Shown here: positions 38,101 to 51,700 of the stretch, piece by piece
Layout of the letters: each line of letters starts with the position of its first letter
Numbering within the stretch: the stretch's first letter is position 1
Notes under the pieces: generated by a model
What the model was told of the DNA's origin: nothing
The model's input: the letters and a program-made list of their open reading frames with translations, nothing else
The model's database searches: none
Position numbers and translations under genes: made by a program
NCBI GenBank assembly: GCA_965645245.1
Contig: OZ287080.1
Span: 1,860,001-1,924,000, forward strand
Direction: 5' to 3'
Length of the DNA: 64,000 bases
From: Massalongia carnosa
Taxonomy: Eukaryota

Positions 38101-41100
38101 TGTTGGTTAGATTGGGTTCTGGAATGATCAACTAGCTTTCTCTAAGACTCTCCATGCAGTAAACAAGGTGAGAGACAGACTGGAAATAGGCTTGAAGTGA
38201 TAACCATGTAATGACTGACTAGCTAATTTACAGAGAGAAGATACAGCTATTATATAGAAGTTGAGACTACCTCAATTCCTCCTATTTGCAATGACTCCTC
38301 CGAGCTCATCGTATTACCCGTAATTGGTAATGTCGAGCTTACTCTCTGACTCATATTGCCACATAGAAGTATCTCGATGATACTTGCTCAAGCTTTCATA
38401 GCTAAGCGCTTGATATTGAATGTGGCGTTGATACTAATCAACTGTGACAATCAAGGGGCAACGGCACAGTTCAGGATAAGATTACCCAATTAGGCATAGA
38501 CTTAATGCCGTGGTGGATGAGGCGGATGAGGCGAAAAGCACATTGCATGAGGTCATGTCAACAACCTCGTCAATTAGCAACACTCCCACTACGAGGTTAG
38601 CTGAGTGCCTCCATATACACTTCTCAAAACATATGAAATCCTACTAGATGCATGCTCATTGGTCCGATACTCCAATGCAGCCTGGGCCGTTGTATGCCCT
38701 CCGAAATCCACCTCCTTCAAACCGAACATGGCCCGCAAAGTGGTGAAGACGTCGGATTTGGTTGGCTTGGTAAGAATATCAGCGACCATCTCCTGGGTGC
38801 GAACATATGCGGTTTTCACATAATTATCGGCGACAGCTTCTCGAATATAGTGATACTGAACGTCGATGTGTTTGGTCCTACTGTGATGTTCAGGATTTTT
38901 TATCAGGTTCAGTGTCCCTTGATTGTCTCCGAGTAGTTTGATAGGTAAATTGCATATGTGGCCGAATTCCAACTCATTTATCCAGCGGGTAGCCCATACA
39001 ACGTTTTTGCTTGCCTGGCACATAGCCACGTACTCGGCCTCAGTGGTGGAGGTAGCTATAGTTCTTTGCTTCTTGCTAGCCCACGTTACTGACGCATTTC
39101 CGATTAGTAGGGTGTGCCCATAAGTTGATTTCCTATATTCCAAATCATCTCCGTACGCTGCATCAGCGTAGCCAATAGGATGCCCAGCCCGGCTATGATC
39201 ATACACCAAAGCTAGGTCTATGGTCCCTTTCAAATAGCGTAGGACTCGGTCCAGTGCAGTGCGATGCCTGACACATGGGTCTTGACAAAATTGGCTAAGT
39301 TTGCAAACTGCAAAGGCAATATCTGGCCTCGTACCGACCATAGCATACTACCGATTCTCTTTTGATATTCGGTTTGATTTGTTCGTTCATCCGAAGGTCC
39401 TGAGGGTGTGAGGGCATGATAACCGTCGATGGGGGTAGAGACTGAATGGGAGTTCTCCATGTTAAAATCGCGGAGGAACTTCCTAATGTAAGTTGACTGG
39501 TCAAGGGCCAGTACTTTTCCTTTCACATCACGTCTGATGCGGATGCCCAATATAAATGATGCCTTACCAATATCCTTCATTTTATACTCCTTATGCAGTT
39601 CAGCCTTTACGGCGTTGATAGTGGTCAGTGATTTTGCGAAGATGAGAATGTCATCCACGTATAATGCAATGATTACACGGGTAGAGGTGTTGACGAAAAC
39701 GCAATTATCCGAGCTAATAGGGTTGAAACCAATTGACTTCAGATGTTTTTTAGCTTTTACGTTCCACTTCCGACCTGACTGTTTTAACCCATATAAGGGC
39801 CTCAACAAGTGCAAAATATGATCCTGTTGTCGTGTGGGAAGCTCGTAGCCCTGCGGAACTTCCATATAAATGACCTCGTTAAGCTCTCCCTTTAGGTATG
39901 CATCAGGCACATCCATCTGTTCGATTTCGAACCCAAAATATGCAGCAAATGCTAATATCATTCGCAGTGAATCTAGCCTCAAAGTCGGAGCGAAGGTTTC
40001 TTCGTAGTCTATGCCATGCACCTGGGTGGAACCTCTGGCTACTAGACGGGCCTTATAGCAATCGACTAAGCCGGAGGATGTATATTTAACCTTGAATACC
40101 CATTTGGAGGTTATCACATTCAAATCGCTGGAAGGTCTGTTGACTAATTTCCACGTCCCGTTTGCAATCAACGAATTGAGCTGTTTTCCAATGGCAATTT
40201 TCCATAGTCGATGATCTTCGCATGTAATGGCCTCGTTGTAGGTTGATGGCTCCGGTCTTCTGTCTGGTAGCCTATCATTGGTTTTGCGACCTGATTCGTT
40301 ATCGAAACGATATCGGTCGTAGCTCCTGGTTGAACGAGTACTACGGCGAGTTGGCTCATTTGCCGCTTCCCTCCCTTTGATTTCGGAATCGACTGATTGC
40401 TCATTGAAGGATTAGAAGTGTTCGTGCTCGTGGAGGCACCGGAATTTGGTGTAGGTAGAAGCGCGTCTGCTCCGATTGAGTTGTTACCAGGGTTGGGAGT
40501 TGAGGTAGAATCATCCACATCTCCCACTGGTTGATTAACATGTCCCGGGGATGCATCATCTCTAAGATTTGCAATATCTCCGGGTCTAGGTTGGTTTTGG
40601 TCGATATCTCTCTCGACCTGAGTTGCTCCGTCGCTAGATATAGATCTATTGAAGCTTGGTTCGGGGTCTTGATCCCCGCGATCAATCATTTTGTTGTCGC
40701 CGTCGTCATAGCTTAGGAGCTTATCCATAGGTGTTGACTCCAAATTTTGCAACAATTTCCCCCCCGGCACATTTTCTAGAAAATTTCACCGATGTGTGCC
40801 ACTGCACTCGCTTGGTTTTCGGGTTATAAATTCGCATCTGTTGACTTGAATGATAGCCAACAAATATACCCTGAAACGAAACTCTGTCCAACTTCGCCCT
40901 ATTTTCACTAGGTATGTGGACGTGCACCACGCATCCGAACGTTCGAATGTGACTGATGTTAGGTTTGTGGCCATGCCACAACTCAATTGGTGATAGGTCA
41001 TCCCGACCCGCCGGTAGAAGGTTTCGTAAGTAATTTGCTGTGCAAGCCGCCTCGCCCCAAAATCCTTGAGGCAATCCAGACCATATCAACATGGCCCTGG

Positions 41101-43752
41101 TCATTTGAATAATTGTTCGATTAAACCGCTCGGCCACTCCATTCTCTTCAGGTGTGTAGGCCGTTGTATACTCCATCCGAACTCCGTCAGCATGGATTAT
41201 TCTTTCGAACTTCTGATATTCTTTAGCATTATCACAACGATAGATGGCGACCTTTTCCCCCGTTTGGAGGCCTATTGCTGTCTGCCATTCGCCGATCTTC
41301 TCATAGATCTCCCTTCGAGACCTCATACATAATAGCCAAGATCTCCTAGTTAAGTCGTCTATCAGGGACACGAAATAGCGGTGTCCCCCGATACTGACCT
41401 CCCGATATGGTCCCCAAACATCCTTGTGAACCCTCCCTAGCCGACGATCTACACGCCTTGGGGTATCACGATTGACCACCCTAGTCATGTTGGTAAAATT
41501 GCAAACAGAGCAATTTAGGCTCTCGAGGTTTGGATGAATAATCTGGTCAATCCCTGTAACATGTTGGGAAAGTGATCCAAGTCTTTTCGGGTTGACGTGC
41601 CCCATACGAGCGTGCCAAAGCTTGTATAGGCCCAATTTCCTAGCGATCTGCTTCTCATTGCTTCCCTCAGGTATCTCGTTAATATCCTTTCTAGCAATGG
41701 TATTCGGAGTTGTCGTCTCCGCATTACCTAAGTTTTCGATTTCTGAAAAATCCGAAATATCTTCTAATACTCCAGCGTCTTTGCTGAGCAATGCCGTCTG
41801 GGGCGAACGCAGAAAATAAATCTTGCCTCGCATTATCCCGCTGGCAACCAAGTTATCTCCCTGCCGAATATCTACTCCGTCCTTCCTAAATAGGACGCTG
41901 AGGCCTTTTCGATTCAGGGCTGAAATTGACAGCAAGTTTGCATCCACCTCAGGCACATGCAAAACATCCGTCATCCTAATGTTCTGACCTTCTATATCAA
42001 AACTCACGTTTCCCACGCCTTTTGCGTGTAAATTTTCTCCATTCGCAACCGTGACGGCAGCCTTGATGCTCCGTTTACTGGTGAAGATATTCCCATTGGG
42101 GGTCATATGCCGGCTGGCCCCAGAGTCTATTATCCAGGCGTTAAGTGACTCATCTTGACCTTTTCGAGCTATACAAGCTTGGTCATCTTGGTCATCTTCC
42201 TTTACCATCCATGCATCTTCCGATTCATCCGACTCGCGATCTTCCTGGGCAGCACGGGCATTGCTAGTCCTTTTTTTCTTGCTGGCCGGTTTCTTACTGC
42301 GGCCTCGCTGAGGTGTAGCCGATGGATCCAGATCAGCCTTCTTGGCCTCATCGTTTGGGTGAGTCTTCGCGTACTCCTTACCCTCATCCGTGGCTAGCCA
42401 TTTATAGCATTTTATCTTGATGTGCCCAGGTTTGTCGCAGTGATAGCATTTTCTTTTGCTGCCTCGCCCAGAGGCATTGTTGGCGGTCTCCCCTCCCTGT
42501 GAGTTTTCGTCCTTGATCTTCTGTTCAACGAGTTTGAGTCGTTCTTTAGTGTCCGCAAGGGAGAGTTCACGCATATCTTCCAGATGGTATTTAGCAATGG
42601 TATAGGCTTCGTTGTCGACTGAGTTGATTAGTACAAGTGCAAGATTCAGGTCTGTCGGGGCCTCCGTGGCCTTAATATCCCGAATCATTGATTGTAACCT
42701 GGTAAGCTCGCTAGAAACTTCGCCAATGGTCTCTGAAGCACCCGCCTTATAGTTGATAAACTTCCTCAATAGGAAATTAAGGCGTCCCTGGCCTTGAGCA
42801 CCATGCACCTTACCCATGGCCTCCCACATTGAGTGCGAAGTGGCCAGTCCTTTAACGTGGTTGTGCTGGGGGTCTTCGAGGTTGACGTATATCCAGGCCT
42901 TTGCCTGAGCGTCATCGAACTTCCAGTTCATGTAATCGATAGGTCGCGTGGCTAAATGGGGGCATGTTATATCTCCGCTAACAATTTGCCACAGCATTTT
43001 TGCTCCCAATAGCAACTCCATGCCGTCCGCCCAGCTCTAATACTTATCCGAATTTAGCTTGGTGATCTTTATCTCACCTTTCAAAATGGCCTTCCTATAC
43101 ATCCCATCTGGTGGTTTGGGAGCTCCGCCGAGTTGTCCATCAACAGGCCTTTCGATGATGCTTTGGGGTGTCGCTGGCTCTCCTGCAGCGGAGTCGTTTA
43201 TTCCTTGAGTATCAGCCATGATGCTAGCAAAAACTAGGTAGCAGTTACGCAAGTCCCGGGCTCATAACCTGTTGGTTAGATTGGGTTCTGGAATGATCAA
43301 CTAGCTTTCTCTAAGACTCTCCACGCAGTAAACAAGGTGAGAGACAGACTGGAAATAGGCTTGAAGTGATAAACTATGTAATGACTGACTAGCTAATTTA
43401 CAGAGAGAAGATACAGCTATTGTATAGAAGTTGAGACTACCTCAATTCCTCCTATTTGCAATGACTCCTCCGAGCTCATCGTATTACCCGTAATTGGTAA
43501 TGTCGAGCTTACTCTCTGACTCATATTGCCACATAGAAGTATCTCGATGATACTTGCTTAAGCTTTCATAGCTAAGCGCTTGATATTGAATGTGGCGTTG
43601 ATACTAATCAACTGTGACAATCAAGGGGCAACGGCACAGTTCAGGATAAGATTACCTAATTAGGCATAGACTTAATGCCGTGGCGGATGAGGCGGATGAG
43701 GCGAAAAGCACGTTGCATGAGGTCATGTCAACAACCTCGTCAATTAGCAACA
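38101..43752 (-). mobile_element. Ty1/Copia element B with both LTRs (38101..38582 and 43270..43752), coding region disabled
   Basis: TSD GAGAC and PBS GGTTATGAGCCC (43258..43269). Gag CCHC, IIDSGAS, WHARMGH, ENGVAER, LYVDD and YADAAY motifs, with several stops and frameshifts. Confidence 0.96.
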
Positions 43753-43818
43753 GAGACAGTCAGACTACGGACTTATGGAGAGGTAGCTCTTGAAAAGTGA
43801 TGACTTTGGTTAAAGCAA

Positions 43819-46800
43819 CTATTTCGCACCTGCAGCACGCAGTCTCTCTACCACTTTTAAATGACCACCTTCAGCTGCTGCTTGAAGTGCAGTCCTGCCA
43901 TTGACTTTAGCAGCAGCAGCATTAACGTCAGCCTTCACTTGAAGCAACCTCTCCACGACATCTAAATGACCACCTTCAGCTGCTGCTTGAAGTGCAGTCC
44001 TGCCATCGTATGAAGCAGCAGCATTAACGTCAGCCTTCGCTTGAAGCAGCTTCTCCACCACATCTAAATGACCACTTTCAGCTGCTGCTTGAAGTGCAGT
44101 CCTGCCATCGTATGAAGCAGCAGCAGCATTAACGTCAGCCTTCGCTTGAAGCAACCTCTCCACCACATCTAAATGACCACCTCCAGCTGCTGCTTGAAGT
44201 GCAGTCCTGCCATCGTCATAAGCAGCAGCAGCATTAACGTCAGCCTTCGCTTGAAGCAACCTCTCCACCAAATCTAAATGACCACCTTCAGCTGCTGCTT
44301 GAAGTGCAGTCCTGCCATTGACTTTAGCAGCAGCAGCATTAACGTCAGCCTTCACTTGAAGCAACCTCTCCACGACATCTAAATGACCATCTTCAGCTGC
44401 TGCTTGAAGTGCAGTCCTGCCATCCTTATAAGCAGCAGCAGCATTAACGTCAGCCTTCGCTTGAAGCAGCTTCTCCACCACATCTAAATGACCACTTTCA
44501 GCTGCTGCTTGAAGTGCAGTCCTGCCATCGTATGAAGCAGCAGCATTAACGTAAGCCTTCGCTTGAAGCAACCTCTCCACCACATCTAAATGACCACCTC
44601 CAGCTGCTGCTTGAAGTGCAGTCCTGCTACCGGATGAAGCAGCAGCAGCATTAACGTCAGCCTTCGCTTGAAGCAACTTCTCCACCACATCTAAATGACC
44701 ACCTCGAGCTGCTGCTTGAAGTGCAGTCCTGCCATCCTTATAAGCAGCAGCAGCAGCATTAACGTCAGCCTTCGCTTGAAGCAACTTCTCCACCACATCT
44801 AAATGACCACCTTCAGCTGCTGCTTGAAGTGCAGTCCTGCCATCGTATGAAGCAGCAGCATTAACGTAAGCCTTTGCTTGAAGCAACCTCTCCACCACAT
44901 CTAAATGACCACCTTCAGCTGCTGCTTGAAGTGCAGTCCTGCCATTGACTTTAGCAGCGGCAGCATTAACGTCAGCCTTCGCTTGAAGCAACCTCTCCAC
45001 CACATCTAAATGACCACCTTCAGCTGCTGCTTGAAGTGCAGTCCTGCCATCGTATGAAGCAGCAGCATTAACGTCAGCCTGCGCTTGAAGCAGCTTCTCC
45101 ACCACATCTAAATGACCACTTTCAGCTGCTGCTTGAAGTGCAGTCCTGCCATCGTATGAAGCAGCAGCAGCATTAACGTCAGCCTTCGCTTGAAGCAACC
45201 TCTCCACCACATCTAAATGACCACCTCCAGCTGCTGCTTGAAGTGCAGTCCTGCCATCGTCATAAGCAGCAGCAGCATTAACGTCAGCCATCGCTTGAAG
45301 CAACCTCTCCACCAAATCTAAATGACCACCTTCAGCTACTACTTGAAGTGCAGTTCTGCCATCCTTAAGAGCAGCAGCAGCATTAACGTCAGCCTTCGCT
45401 TGAAGCAACCTCTCCACCACATCTAAATGACCACCTTCAGCTGCTGCTTGAAGTGCAGTCCTGCCATCGTATGAAGCAGCAGCATTAACGTCAGCCTTCG
45501 CTTGAAGCAGCTTCTCCACCACATCTAAATGACCACTTTCAGCTGCTGCTTGAAGTGCAGTCCTGCCATCGTATGAAGCAGCAGCATTAACGTCAGCCTT
45601 CGCTTGAAGCAACCTCTCCACCACATCTAAATGACCACCTCCAGCTGCTGCTTGAAGTGCAGTCCTGCTACCGGATGAAGCAGCAGCAGCATTAACGTCA
45701 GCCTTCGCTTGAAGCAACCTCTCCACCACATCTAAATGACCACCTTCAGCTGCTGCTTGAAGTGCAGTTCTGCCATAGTATTCAGCAGCAGCAGCATTAA
45801 CGTAAGCCTTCGCTTGAAGCAACCTCTCCACCACATCTAAATGACCACCCCCAGCTGCTGATTGTAATCCTGAATCTAGAATGTCTTGCGAGATACCTTC
45901 TGAGCCTAGACTAATCTCTATCAAATGTGCATGTCCTCTCTTTGCAGCGCCTTTGACGAGATTTAGAAGATTCTGTTTAATCCTTACGTCAGGGCCAATG
46001 ATCAACCAAGCTAACGAACAGTGGTTCTGTTCTACTACCCATTGTATGACTTTAGTAGTGCGCTTCTTCCAGTCCTCCAATGTCCATGGCATGCTAGATA
46101 GAGTGTCACGCCAACTAGCTTCCATTATTAAATTGGACCAGAGTCCCCACAGCTTCCCAGAACCAGGACTCATTCCATGCTTAGTGTGTTCAAGCCAGAA
46201 TTGGTTTGCGTATGGTCGAAAGGAGTAAGGTCTGAGAATTATATCCTGGCGGCAAGCTTCGGTATCACCGGCTACTTCCTCCAATAGACGATGAACTGAC
46301 TTGCCAGACTTATCATCTCGTCTCAGTAACTCAAGAGCAATTTTATTCGAGAATTTTCCAAACGATAGGCTATTCTTTATGATCATTGACGTGATACCGC
46401 TAGTGGTGATGCTTTTGCCGGTATTATGCGTTATTTGCCTATTGAACACGGGGAAATTGAGATATGTGACACAGATAGCACCTGCAATTTCATCGACTTT
46501 TTTCAGATCGATGTGATATTTGCTCAGCGAATCCTGGACGGCTCTTGAAAGTAAATACTGTTTGACGCTACCATGCGTAAAGTGTACCGTTTGCTGTTCC
46601 TCTTCTATGAAAACGAGATTACCGCAACATGCCACCGCTTTCTTCATGTCGTTGATATATATATTATCATTCCATGCCTCTTGTAGTGGTATGGTCCCTA
46701 TGGCTTCCCGAAGTTCTTCGACCGTAAGAGGACGTTTCGCTACAGTGACCCAGCGAAATATTTTCCTTCCAATATCAATGTCGTCAGCTTCGGTATATTT

Positions 46801-48744
46801 GGAGAGAATTCTTTTAAACGTCTCCGGAAGATCGCGTGGAAGATTTCTCAACGCAGCAACTATCAGACTATCCGATTTTTTCTCACGCAACTCTTGGAGT
46901 TGAAATTTGACCCATAAGAACCTTTTGAGGTAAGCCCTACACTGTTATTTAGGACACAAGGATATCATACATTCCCTGAGCTTTCTTTTCAAGACAGTCT
47001 CGAATCGTTATTATCAGGGTTGGATCATTGATTTGCAGTTCCGGTGTCTCGCCTTCTAGCCACGCCTCGAGTGTGACGCGGATGAATGTACGAATATCGT
47101 GAGCGACTCTGCTTTGATTCTCAACGGTTTCTAAATCGATATGCTGCTGGGTCAGGAATCTTCCTGGTAGCCAACTCAGTACGTTTGGACGACTAGACCA
47201 AAATAAGTTTATACGCAAATGGGGGGAAAGCAAAAGCCCGTGGAAGATCTCAGCAACCTCCTTGACTTGTGCTTCTTCACATTCGTCCAAGCCATCCAGC
47301 ACTATAAAGTATTGGCGAGTATGGCTCAACATAGCTTCAAGAGCGCTAATGATGCTTGTTTCATCGATATTTTTCTGATTGAATGCGCGGAACGCTTTTG
47401 CAGGCAAATCACACATTAATTGCCTGGCAACACTTCCAATGATTGTCTTTGCTTTTAGAGAATCCGTTTCATCGAAGCGACAGAAAAAAAAGGCAGTAAC
47501 ATCTTTCGGCGATACTTTCTCCATTAAATGTGCAGCCACACAAGCGCTTGGACTTCATTAGTAAAACTTCATCGTGAAAGCTAACAAGGGACTGAACCTT
47601 GTGACTGATTTACCCGATCCTACTGATTTTCACATAAGCATTGCTGGGCACTAGGAGTAATTATACACTTACACCTGCCAGTAAACCTAAGTGTTTTCAG
47701 AGTCCCAGATATCCATGCATGAAATTCTGGGTTCTCACATATCCACATTGATGTACTAGGTACGCACTCTTTACGAATCTGCCTGTACGTCTTCTGATAG
47801 TCATAAGTCGAAAGACCGTTCAAAGCTTCCAATCTCTTTTCTTCAAATTTACGGCGGTCGATCTCCAAACGCAAATGTCTTTCCTCTTCCTTATTTTTGT
47901 GATGATCGTTCCTGAATTTGTCCACGATTTCCCGATACCTCCTAGCATCCGAACGTTCTTTAGCTTGGAGCTCGTTTTCCTGCTTTTGAGCTTGCTTCGA
48001 TGCCAGAGATGCTTCCTCTCGAACTTCTTGAGATAATCTTGCAATTTCCCCTTCATACGGTCCGAACTCCGCCTTGAAGGAGACCAGCAGTGCCTTTGCC
48101 AACTGTGTATATACTGGAAACACGTCAATTCTTGGACTGCGTCAAAGATAGACAAGGGAGTTGCGAAGAAGAACAGAAAGCGTATATACCTGGCTTTCGA
48201 AGAGACAGCGTTACGTGCTTACAAAGCCGTATAATGGCAGCGTAATAGTCATAGAGCGCTTTCTGTAGTCCTATTGAAGGATACAAGGATCTAAACCCAT
48301 GAATTCGAGGGCATTGCCTTCCTACATTCATGAGTAGGATTGACAACTGATCAAAGTAAGACGAAACATTGTTTGCAGCCTGCAAGTGTCAAACCTAATA
48401 CTTGAGCCGGGGAGAGGTATTACGAGTAAAGCCAGTTTCACCCCTCCCCACACCAATGCCGCGACGTGAGGATTAGAGCTGATAAATACATCAACTACCT
48501 GAGAGAATTGCTGAATTGATTCAAGGAATGTAATCAGCCTTGGACCCATACATTGACTACGGCGGCTGCTGCATTTTCTATCAATGAGAGACGTGAGATT
48601 GATAGCAGCTGTAGCATCTGGCAATCCTTGAGAGTGGAGTTGGCTCCTGTCTTCATCAGAAAGGATCGTCTCGTAGTCATGTAATGCTTGCGCAAGATTG
48701 ATTTCAGGCTTCAGCGGCGCTGCGCCAGCGAGCACCAAAGCCAT
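43819..48744 (-). CDS. Fungal NLR: helical N-terminal domain (Goodbye-like), NACHT and 20 high-identity ankyrin repeats; 6 exons, apparently intact
   Basis: Predicted introns at about 48380..48423, 48115..48189, 47623..47672, 47547..47597 and 46922..46970. Splicing rebuilds Walker A GRLGSGKS and GMFLWV. Also FFFC, Walker B IVLDGLDE, LPRDLPETF, RPLTVEEL and HFTHGSV. Confidence 0.92.
43822..45870 (-). repeat. Ankyrin coding array, 20 units of 102-108 bp
   Basis: TALQAAAxxGHLDVVERLLQAKADVNAAA(A)xxxGR repeated with near-identical DNA. Confidence 0.97.
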
Positions 48745-51700
48745 ACTGATAGATAGCACACTTGCTAATCACGGAGATAGTCAGTCATATTCATACTGGG
48801 TTTCGCAAACCTTTGTCTATAGTGTTCGACTAAAAGCGGTTGCGCCCGTAGCATATGCTATTGTACTACGGGATTGTTATAACGTCTTATTTCGTCGGTT
48901 GGGTTCAATGTCGGAAATGGTGATATAAGCTAGTAAATATTGCTATGAGTCGATTCCAATATCCAAGGTTCATTCAGAAAGCAAATACTCAGACGCAGTT
49001 AGATATAAAGGAAAGAATTGAAGTAGTGCGAGACGTAAAGTATCCGAGTCTAGGAGCCCGAGCCACATTTGGATCATCTTGGCCGGCTGCATCGCCCACG
49101 TGCGGAATACGTTTCCGCACCCTTCCGTTAATATTCCTGTATCGAGTTCACGTTGATGTCATTCAGTTGGGAAGACACGTTTGAGCCTCAATCTGCTAAT
49201 TCTAGTTCCGTCGAGGACATTCTGTGTGACCCCCTTTTAGGGGGAGAGTTGGGCACAGGCTAAATGCTTTCTTAACTACAGTGCTAATAGCCCCGTAGCC
49301 TGCATGATCAAGATGCAAGTTTCAAAAAAAATGCAAAGGCAGCCAATATAGCAGAAGCACGAGAACCAACTCGAAAATCGCTACTGCTCTCCCTGCGCCC
49401 AATTTCTATCCAACTTGCAAGAATCACCATTCGGACAAGGCTGAGAGGCGTCTTGATCAATCCCGATGGCAAGATTTAGTGTGCCCTTCGTGCTACACTC
49501 CATGTTCACCAGCAAAATGCTATATTAAGTCCCGCATGTAAAAGGACTTAAGTCCTAACTAGACGTGCTCATGGCTCTTGGTCCGGATAGTTTGTCCAAA
49601 GCTGAGGCAGGGGAACCAAGCTTTTCCTCTCTCGAAGCCTCGCTTGTTAGTGCACTAGTTGCCCCACGGCCAAACTCTTTGGATGCGAAGGGTGTGCAAC
49701 GACATGCCGAAGCAAATGATCTTGATGTTGACGAATTAGATTTTGGATACAATCTTGATTATAGCCTCTATCCTCTCGACAACCTCTGCTCTTTGCAGCA
49801 AATCTTTGAATCTGTACCAGTGTCATCAACATCTTGCGAATCTTCGGAATTTCTTCGACGAATACGCTTATTGAGTGCCTAGACATCTGTCAAATTATAG
49901 GATAACTAATCCTAAACATCAGTGGTAACTCAGGATGATATATCCGAAGGGTTATTCTGGCCCGACTAGACACGTGGCCTCCCCCCTTAGATAGATTCCC
50001 ACTTTTCCACATCCTCCACAATACAATCAACATCTACCCAATTCCCTGATTATGCCTTTTGACCCTTATATATTTGACAGTTATGAGCCCGGATAGTCGT
50101 AAAGACACCGCAAATCGTCAAGAGCATTAGATTCTTAAATTCAACGAGACAGCAATCGCGAAAATGGCAGCAGAATCCAAAACGATGAGGACAATCCTCG
50201 AGACATCAGAGGATTGGGAGACGTGGTATGATGAATTGAAAACGATATCAGCTAACGAGTTTTGGAATATGGCAGATCCAGACCAACCTACTGTTCTTCC
50301 TGCGGCAGCTCCCTACAAGCCGGTAGTAGCAGACATAGTACAAGGAGAGACACTATACACATACCTCTCAGCCGCAAATCAGCGAATGTTCGATAATGCA
50401 AGAAAACATTACGAGTCGGATCAGAAAGACTATTTAAGACAAGAAACCTCGTTGACGACGATAAGAAAACACATAGTAGAAACAGTTCCGATCACAAATC
50501 GAACGAGCCTGAAAGCGAGTATGTCAGTAAAGGAGTGTCTCATTATCTTACGAAACCTTATGGCACCTCCGACGGGACATTCTATGGCGTTGGCAAAGGA
50601 GAAATATGATAAGTTGCTTAGGATGAAGGCGAAACCACTAGACTGGTTGGATAAGTGGGAGAAGGTAGTAGCCAAGGCCCGAAAACACGATTTGTCGGAG
50701 TTCAAGCACGGAATATGGCTTGGAAATATGTCGTCGTGGATGAAACCACACGCACCAGAACTATCCTATGCACTTCGATCCAGAGGCAACGACGCCGCAA
50801 GAAATGACATATCGCAATATCCAGAAGTCCTACGAGAAATCCGAGAATACTTGAGAGATGGAGTGAAGCAGACGGTCCGGGGAGCCGCGTTCCAGACGTT
50901 AGTGGACGACGAAGACGAAGATGGCCTACTAGAAGAAGTAGCCAATACAGCCACTAAGAGAAAGAGGGCAAATACAACTGGACAATCTCACCGTGGAGGG
51001 AAAAGGCACGATAAGATATGCCCTGCGTGTGAAAGACCAGGCCATGTTCTCGAGAACTGTTGGTTTATATTCCCAGAAGGTAAACCAGATGACTACACTC
51101 TAGGGAAAAGGAAAACTAAAGAGGTAAACAATAGAGTGGATAAGGACAGGAAGTTAAAAAAAGAAGTCGAAAGGATAAGGAAGGATAAAAAGAAGGTTGA
51201 GGAGATTCCACCATAGCAAATATCGTTGTTGGACCACCAAGATCTTCACGAATCAACGTCGGTGGATCATCAGAATCAAGACGAATCAATAGACGCTGCA
51301 TTCCTTCTAAATCATCAATCAGAAACATCACTTCCTTCTTCGTGGCCTGACGACATCCTAGATTCCGGAGCCCCCATACATGTCTTCAATGACATAGCTC
51401 GTTTCTAGAACTTCACTAAAGCATCAAAGATCATATACATACAAGCCGGATCATCAAGGATTCCAATCCTTGGTTACGGTAGTGTCAGAATACCTATACT
51501 CCGAGAAGATAAATCTGAGGGGGTGATGAGACTATCGAACGTGGCATATTGTGTGGACTTCGTGGTAAATCTAGTGTCGTTTCAACAACTAAGAAAGAGA
51601 GATATATACTGGGACACGGAAAGGAATGTTCTATACAAGAAGACTAATAAAGGACGAAGGACAATTTGTCTAATTCATCAAGTTGACGAACTTCCTGCAT

